Part shown: positions 8,119 to 12,511 of the stretch, piece by piece | How positions within the stretch are numbered: the stretch's first letter is position 1 | Layout of the letters: the number at the start of each line of letters is the position of its first letter | Assembly: GCA_041497895.1 (NCBI GenBank) | Contig: JBGQHJ010000141.1 | Span: forward strand, 1 to 12,511 | Source: Candidatus Methylomirabilia bacterium | GTDB taxonomy: Bacteria; Methylomirabilota; Methylomirabilia; Rokubacteriales; CSP1-6 | Length of the DNA stretch: 12,511 nucleotides | Direction: 5' to 3' | Notes under the pieces: model-generated | Database searches by the model: none | Seen by the model: only the letters and a program-made list of their open reading frames with translations | Told to the model about the DNA's origin: nothing | Program-made: the position numbers and the translations under genes

Positions 8119-8667
8119 CTAGCGGGCCGCGGCCATCCGCGTCACCTGCGCCGCCCGCCACTCGGCGCGGGACATGAATCCGGGGCGGTTGCGGCAGAGC
8201 GCCTCGGTCTCCCGCTCGATCGTCTCGATCGGCGCCTCGATGTCGAAGGGCTCGACCACCGGCTGGGGGGTGTGCCAGGGGGTGTCGACGAAGACCTCGA
8301 GCCGGTTGCCCTCCGGGTCGGCGAAGTACACCGACCAGGCGTTGCCGTGGGTCACGACGCGGAACTGCTTGATGCCTTCCTCGCGTGCCCGCGCGTGCAT
8401 GGCCTTGAGGTCGACGAGGCCCGGCACCTTGAACGACATCTGGTTCACCACGTTGAACTCGACCCCGGGCGGCCGCCCGGTGGCCAGCACGATCTGGTGG
8501 TGCTCGTCCGGGTCGCGGGAGAGGAAGACCAGGTTCGATCCGCCGGGCACTTGCCCGCGGTCGCTCACGAGCAGGCCGAGGACGCGGGTGTAGAAATCCT
8601 CCATCCGCGCGAGATCGGTCACGTAGATGCCGAAGTGGCTGAACGAGACGGGCGGCGATGTCGTCAT
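8119..8667 (-). CDS. VOC (glyoxalase/extradiol dioxygenase) family protein, single domain, 182 aa
   Basis: Motifs SHFGIYVTDL...FYTRVLGL, EHHQIVL and THGNAWSVYFADPEGNRLEV. GGAGG RBS at 8676-8680 (minus strand). Confidence 0.88.
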   Translation of the reverse strand: MTTSPPVSFSHFGIYVTDLARMEDFYTRVLGLLVSDRGQVPGGSNLVFLSRDPDEHHQIVLATGRPPGVEFNVVNQMSFKVPGLVDLKAMHARAREEGIKQFRVVTHGNAWSVYFADPEGNRLEVFVDTPWHTPQPVVEPFDIEAPIETIERETEALCRNRPGFMSRAEWRAAQVTRMAAAR

Positions 8668-8703
8668 GAGGGCTGCCTCCGCGCGAATGTGATCCTGTCG
8701 CGG

Positions 8704-8712
8704 ATGATAGCA
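8704..8712 (-). promoter_or_regulatory. Putative extended -10 element (TGCTATCAT) for the VOC / Mo-subunit / CoA ligase unit
   Basis: The reverse complement of 8704-8712 is TGcTATCAT, a TGn motif plus a 5/6 match to TATAAT. It lies 36 nt upstream of the VOC ATG in an intergenic region. Confidence 0.5.
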
Positions 8713-8749
8713 CGGCGAAACCCCGGTGAAGATCCGCCGCGGGTCGGCC

Positions 8750-8771
8750 TATAATGAGCGCGACAAGGAGG
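8750..8771 (+). promoter_or_regulatory. Putative sigma70-type -10 box (TATAAT) and RBS (AAGGAGG) for the Rieske oxygenase genes
   Basis: Perfect TATAAT at 8750-8755 in very GC-rich DNA. AAGGAGG at 8765-8771, 8 nt before ATG 8780. The -35 region is poor (GTGAAG/TGAAGA). Confidence 0.6.
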
Positions 8772-8779
8772 AGCGCGGT

Positions 8780-10117
8780 ATGGGCGCCAGCCAGAAGTAC
8801 GTCGTCATCGACCCCGCCACCGGCAAGATCGACCGCCGCATCTTCAGCGACCGGGCGGTCTACGACGACGAGATGGAGAAGATCTTCGGCCGCGCCTGGC
8901 TGATGATCGGGCACGAGAGCCTCCTGCCCGCGGCCGACGACTTCTTCCACACCTACATGGGCGAGGACCCGGTCATCCTGACCCGCGACGGCCAGGGCCG
9001 GCTCCACGCGCTGCTCAACATGTGCCGGCACCGGGGCAATCGCGTGGTGCGCTGCGACGACGGCAACGCCAACCGCTTCATGTGCACCTACCACGGCTGG
9101 ACGTACCGGAACGACGGCGCGCTCGACCACGTCCCGGGCAAGTCCGAGGCCTACTACGACGCGCTCGACCGCGACTCGCTCGGCCTGATCGAGGCCCGCG
9201 TGGAGACCTACGCCGGGATCGTCTTCGCCACCTGGGCCAAGGATGCCCCGGCCCTCGAGGCCTACCTGGGCGACGCGCGCTGGTACCTCGACACCGTGTT
9301 CAACCGGCGCGACGGTGGCATGCAGGCCCTGGGCCCGATGAAGTGGCTCGAGCCGGTGAACTGGAAGGTCATGGTGGACAACTGCTCGGACAACTACCAC
9401 GTCCCCACCAGCCATCTCTCGAGCGCCCGGGTCCAGACCAAGTTCCTCGGCCGGCCGCGGCTCTCGCACAAGGACCAGTTCGAGAGCCCGAACAAGCACG
9501 CCTTCGTGAACGGGCACTCGATCACCTTCCGCGACGCCGACGACAACGTCCCCCGCTACGTGCACGGGGTGTCGAGCGAGACCGTCCAGCTCTTCCAGAA
9601 CTACCACGACGCGACGATGCCCGAGGTCGAGCGGCGTCTCGGGAAGCTGCGCGCGCGCCGGGTGCAGCTCGGCAACCATAGCATCTTCCCGAACGGCATC
9701 CTGGGCCTCCGCCTGGCCCTGCCCCGGGGGCCGCTGCAGACCGAGTTCTGGCACTTCGTGCTGGTGGACCGGGACGCGCCGGACGCCATCAAGCGCATCA
9801 TCCGCGTCGGCAGCCAGGCCAACAACGGCGCCGCCGGCATGTTCGAGCAGGACGACGTCGACAACTGGCGCCAGGTGACGTCGGCGAGCGCGAGCCGCCT
9901 CGGGCGCCGGTATCCCCAAGATCTGTCGATGGGCCTGGGGCACGCCGGGCCGCACCCGGACTACCCGGGCCTGGTCTCCGAGCGGTACATCTCGGAGAAC
10001 AACCAGCGCCTCTTCTACCAGCGCTGGGAAGAGTTCATGAACGCGGAGAGCTGGGCCGACATCCCGCTCGATCCGATCAAGGCCCGCTTCGACGGCACCG
10101 CGACCATGCGCGGCTAG
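8780..10117 (+). CDS. Aromatic ring-hydroxylating Rieske oxygenase, alpha subunit, 445 aa
   Basis: Rieske motif CRHRG...CTYHGW. Mononuclear Fe site NWK...DNYHVPTSH and FEQDDVDNW. The C-terminus (MGLG...HPDYPG...SENNQRLFYQRW...SW) resembles BphA/HcaE-type enzymes. Start set at ATG 8780 by the RBS. Confidence 0.95.
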   Translation: MGASQKYVVIDPATGKIDRRIFSDRAVYDDEMEKIFGRAWLMIGHESLLPAADDFFHTYMGEDPVILTRDGQGRLHALLNMCRHRGNRVVRCDDGNANRFMCTYHGWTYRNDGALDHVPGKSEAYYDALDRDSLGLIEARVETYAGIVFATWAKDAPALEAYLGDARWYLDTVFNRRDGGMQALGPMKWLEPVNWKVMVDNCSDNYHVPTSHLSSARVQTKFLGRPRLSHKDQFESPNKHAFVNGHSITFRDADDNVPRYVHGVSSETVQLFQNYHDATMPEVERRLGKLRARRVQLGNHSIFPNGILGLRLALPRGPLQTEFWHFVLVDRDAPDAIKRIIRVGSQANNGAAGMFEQDDVDNWRQVTSASASRLGRRYPQDLSMGLGHAGPHPDYPGLVSERYISENNQRLFYQRWEEFMNAESWADIPLDPIKARFDGTATMRG

Positions 10118-10131
10118 CGGAGCCCGACGCG

Positions 10132-10707
10132 ATGAAGAAGAAGCGTCCGCGCCCCCGGCCCCGCCCCGCGGCGCGACCGACCGTGCGGCCCCCGGCGCTC
10201 TCCCCGCCGCAGGCCCTCTGGCTCGAGCTGATGCCGTTCTACATCCGCGAGGCCTGGCTCCTCGACGAGCGGAAGCTCTCCGAGTGGCTCGATCTCTTCA
10301 CCGACGACGTGCTCTACTTCATGCCCCGCCGCAAGAACGTGCCGCGCCGCGAGGCCCATCGCGAGCTGACCCCGCTCGGCGATCTGGCCATCCTCGAGGA
10401 GGACAAGCGCTACCTCGAGATGCGGGTGGCCCGCCTCGACACCGGCATGGCCTGGGCCGAGGATCCCCCGTCGCGCACCCGTCACCTGGTCGGCAACCTC
10501 GAGGTGACGCCGCTCGCCCGGGGAGAGGTGCAGGCCCGTACCGCGTTCCTGGTCTACCGCTCGCACCTCGAGACGGACCATCAGCTCCTGTCGGGCTGCC
10601 GCGAGGACGTGCTGCGCCGGGTGAAGGGCGGATGGAAGATCGCCCGGCGCGCGATCGTGCTCGACGCCAACGTCCTGCTCGACAAGAACCTCAGCGTCTT
10701 CCTCTAG
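10132..10707 (+). CDS. Aromatic ring-hydroxylating oxygenase, beta subunit
   Basis: Motifs FYIREAWLLDER..EWLDL, RVARLDTGMAWAEDPPSRTRH, REDVLR, IARRAIVLD and C-terminal KNLSVFL. GGAG at 10119-10122. Directly follows the alpha subunit. Confidence 0.95.
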   Translation: MKKKRPRPRPRPAARPTVRPPALSPPQALWLELMPFYIREAWLLDERKLSEWLDLFTDDVLYFMPRRKNVPRREAHRELTPLGDLAILEEDKRYLEMRVARLDTGMAWAEDPPSRTRHLVGNLEVTPLARGEVQARTAFLVYRSHLETDHQLLSGCREDVLRRVKGGWKIARRAIVLDANVLLDKNLSVFL

Positions 10708-10737
10708 AAGCAGCCGAAGCGGCGACACGCCCTCGGC

Positions 10738-11616
10738 TCAGTAACCTTTCAGGAACGCCAGCACCTGCGCGGCCCACTCGGCCGGTTTCTCGAACGGCGG
10801 CCAGTGCCCGCAGCCGTTCAGCAGCACCAGGCGCGAGTCCGCGATGTGGTTCAGGATCGCGATGCTGACCTCGAAGGCCACCATCCGGTCGTAGCGGCCG
10901 TGGATCAGCAGCACCGGCGCCTGGATGGAGACCAGGTCCGGCGTGTAGTCGTGCGGAACGCTCACCGACTGCCGCCGCGCCTCCATGAACTCGGGCGACC
11001 AGGTGTGCGCGCGGTGGATGTAGTCGACCAGCTCGTCGGTCACCAGGCTCTCGTCGTCGATGTGCACGCGCAGGTAGCGCCGGATGTTCTCGCGGCTCGG
11101 GTCGTCCAGCGCCTGCCGGGTGGCCCGGCTGCCTTCCGACGGGCGGTTGGCCATCAGGTAGCGATCACCGCCGGTGCCGATGTGCGAGCCGCCCATCACG
11201 AACCGGCGCACCCGCGTGGGATACGTGATGGCCGCCACCATCGACGACTGCCCGCCCTGCGAGCTGCCGACCCAGTGGGCCCGCTCGATGCCGAGAGCGT
11301 CCAGCAGGGCGACCGCGGTGCGCGCCTGGACCGCGTGCACGCCCTCGCGGTAGACGATGGGGCCGGTCTTGCTGAAGTTCGGCAGGTCCATGAGGATGCA
11401 GCGGAAGTGCCGCGAGAGCACGCCGATGGTCTTGTGGAACGTGATCCAGGCGGTGGTGCCGGGGCCGTAGGAGTGCAGGAACAACACCGGCTCGCCCTCG
11501 CCCACGTCGTGGTAGTGGACCGTCATGCCCCCGGCCTGGCCCCCGACTTGGCCCCTAACCTGGATGGTCCGGCTGGTACCCTCCTCGGTGAGCCCATTCG
11601 ACGCGATGAACGGCAT
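10738..11616 (-). CDS. Alpha/beta-fold hydrolase related to meta-cleavage-product C-C hydrolases (BphD/MhpC-like)
   Basis: LTEEGTSR...HYHDVGEGEPVLFLHSYGPG resembles the BphD/MhpC N-terminus. Nucleophile elbow GSSQGG, acid in GRYDRMV, catalytic His in CGHW. Confidence 0.85.
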   Translation of the reverse strand: MPFIASNGLTEEGTSRTIQVRGQVGGQAGGMTVHYHDVGEGEPVLFLHSYGPGTTAWITFHKTIGVLSRHFRCILMDLPNFSKTGPIVYREGVHAVQARTAVALLDALGIERAHWVGSSQGGQSSMVAAITYPTRVRRFVMGGSHIGTGGDRYLMANRPSEGSRATRQALDDPSRENIRRYLRVHIDDESLVTDELVDYIHRAHTWSPEFMEARRQSVSVPHDYTPDLVSIQAPVLLIHGRYDRMVAFEVSIAILNHIADSRLVLLNGCGHWPPFEKPAEWAAQVLAFLKGY

Positions 11617-11627
11617 GTCGTTCGCAG

Positions 11628-11656
11628 ATACTGCTTGGCGCGCGCGGCCCTGTCAA
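11628..11656 (-). promoter_or_regulatory. Putative sigma70-type promoter for the hydrolase (TTGACA-N17-CAGTAT)
   Basis: Perfect TTGACA on the minus strand at 11656-11651, a 17-nt spacer, then CAGTAT at 11633-11628. The -10 ends 11 nt before the ATG at 11616 and no Shine-Dalgarno sequence is visible. Confidence 0.5.
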
Positions 11657-11681
11657 GGCACGGGCGGCTCGCGATCGCGCC

Positions 11682-11726
11682 TTGACGCGGCGGCAACCGC
11701 CGGCGCATCATGCGGTCGCCCGGAGG
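11682..11726 (+). promoter_or_regulatory. Putative sigma70-type promoter (TTGACG-N18-CATCAT) and RBS for the small VOC gene
   Basis: TTGACG at 11682-11687, CATCAT at 11706-11711, GGAGG at 11722-11726, ATG at 11733. Confidence 0.5.
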
Positions 11727-11732
11727 TGCGCG

Positions 11733-12134
11733 ATGGCCATCCAGCTCGACCATCTCATCGTTCCGTCCCGCGACCCGGTCGCGGCGGCGAGAGCGCTCGC
11801 CGCGCTGCTCGACGTGCCCTGGCAGACGTCGCAGGGCCCCTTCACCCCGGTCTACGTCAACGAGGCGCTCACCCTCGACTTCGCGGACCGGAAGGAGTTC
11901 GAGCATCATCACTACTGCTTCCGCGTGAGCGACGCCGAGTTCGACGCCATCCTCGGCCGCATCCGGGCGGCGCGGCTTCCGTACCGGAGCTCCCCACTCG
12001 GGGAGACCGACATGCAGATCAACCGCCGGCTCGGAGGGAAGAACCTCTACTGGCAGGACGCCGACGGCCACCTCTGGGAGATCCTCACCGTCAGCTACGC
12101 GCGGGCGGACTCGCCGCCGCTGGCGACCCGGTGA
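11733..12134 (+). CDS. VOC family (glyoxalase/bleomycin resistance-like) protein, 133 aa
   Basis: Motifs IQLDHLIVPSRD, TLDF, HHYCFRVSDAEFDAILGRI and GGKNLYWQDADGHLWEILT. Start reassigned from TTG 11682 to ATG 11733 by the GGAGG RBS. Confidence 0.88.
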   Translation: MAIQLDHLIVPSRDPVAAARALAALLDVPWQTSQGPFTPVYVNEALTLDFADRKEFEHHHYCFRVSDAEFDAILGRIRAARLPYRSSPLGETDMQINRRLGGKNLYWQDADGHLWEILTVSYARADSPPLATR

Positions 12135-12138
12135 GCGT

Positions 12139-12511
12139 CTAGAGCTCGCGGAGGCGCGGCAGCACTTCTTTGGCGAAGAGGCGGAGCCCCTTCGTCGCCT
12201 CCCCGTGCGTCATGAAGCCCGAGCGGCTCGCCAGCACGAGGTGCTCGAACTGCCCGACCCGCTCGCGGTACTCGCAGATCTGCCGGTAGACGCTGTCCGG
12301 GTCGCCCGCGAACATGAGCCCCTTGGCCATCGCCTGCTCCGCGGTGATCCCGATCAGGCCGGCGGCCGGCCGCGCGGCGGCGGGCACGCCGGGCCGCGGC
12401 TTCGTGGCGTAGAGCGCGGGCGCGAGCTCGGGCCGGACCGCCCCGGGCAGGAACTTTCCGTACTGCGGCGCGGAGCGCAGCCCGGTGTTGAGGAACCAGA
12501 GCAGCTTGCTC
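12139..12511 (-). CDS. LLM-class (luciferase-like) flavin-dependent oxidoreductase, C-terminal part; start lies beyond the window
   Basis: The frame is open to the window edge (SKLLWFLNTGLRSAPQYGKFLPG...). The C-terminus FAGDPDSVYRQI...GLRLFAKEVLPRLREL is typical of the bacterial luciferase-like family. TAG at 12139-12141. Confidence 0.8.
   Translation of the reverse strand, partial: SKLLWFLNTGLRSAPQYGKFLPGAVRPELAPALYATKPRPGVPAAARPAAGLIGITAEQAMAKGLMFAGDPDSVYRQICEYRERVGQFEHLVLASRSGFMTHGEATKGLRLFAKEVLPRLREL

Noticed and set aside
8726..8779. Upstream GTG start (8726) for the Rieske alpha subunit
   Set aside because: This segment contains the TATAAT box and the AAGGAGG RBS that point to ATG 8780.
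5971..9955. Long ORFs 5971-7494 +, 7600-8754 + and 7634-9955 -
   Set aside because: They are antisense or off-frame shadows of the Mo subunit, VOC and Rieske alpha genes, with no recognisable motifs or RBS.
10712..10738. Imperfect hairpin AGCCGA-agc-GGCG-aca-CGCC-c-TCGGCT between the convergent beta subunit and hydrolase genes
   Set aside because: The stem is bulged and has no U-tract on either strand. Such pairings arise easily at this GC content, so it is not supportable as an intrinsic terminator.
11530..11553. Imperfect 12-bp tandem duplication encoding GQVG-GQAG in the hydrolase N-terminus
   Set aside because: Only two degenerate in-frame copies, in a probable surface loop. It is likely a neutral micro-duplication.
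1..12511. CRISPR arrays, tRNA/rRNA genes, IS elements, integrases
   Set aside because: No regularly spaced repeats, structural RNA signatures or transposase/integrase motifs were seen, and intergenic gaps are all under about 120 bp.

Overview
A very GC-rich, gene-dense bacterial window with 12 CDSs and no rRNA, tRNA, CRISPR or mobile element visible. It looks like an aromatic or heteroaromatic catabolic island built from four to five short, alternating transcription units. (1) On +: a ferritin-like diiron protein followed by a CoxM/CoxS/CoxL-type xanthine-dehydrogenase-family molybdo-flavoenzyme (active-site loop PYRGAGQ, so not a form I CO dehydrogenase). (2) On -, converging on unit 1: a single-domain VOC protein, a stand-alone HcrA-like molybdopterin subunit, and a phenylacetate-CoA-ligase-family enzyme. 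(3) On +, divergent from unit 2: Rieske ring-hydroxylating oxygenase alpha and beta subunits. (4) A BphD/MhpC-like hydrolase on - and a divergent small VOC protein on +. The 3' end of a luciferase-like monooxygenase enters from the right edge. Several enzymes keep the family fold but differ at normally conserved active-site positions, and usual partners (ferredoxin, reductase, dihydrodiol dehydrogenase, HcrB/C, regulator) are absent from the window. This points to an uncharacterised pathway whose substrate cannot be determined from sequence alone. Comparisons with reference enzymes were made by eye from recalled motifs, not from database searches.
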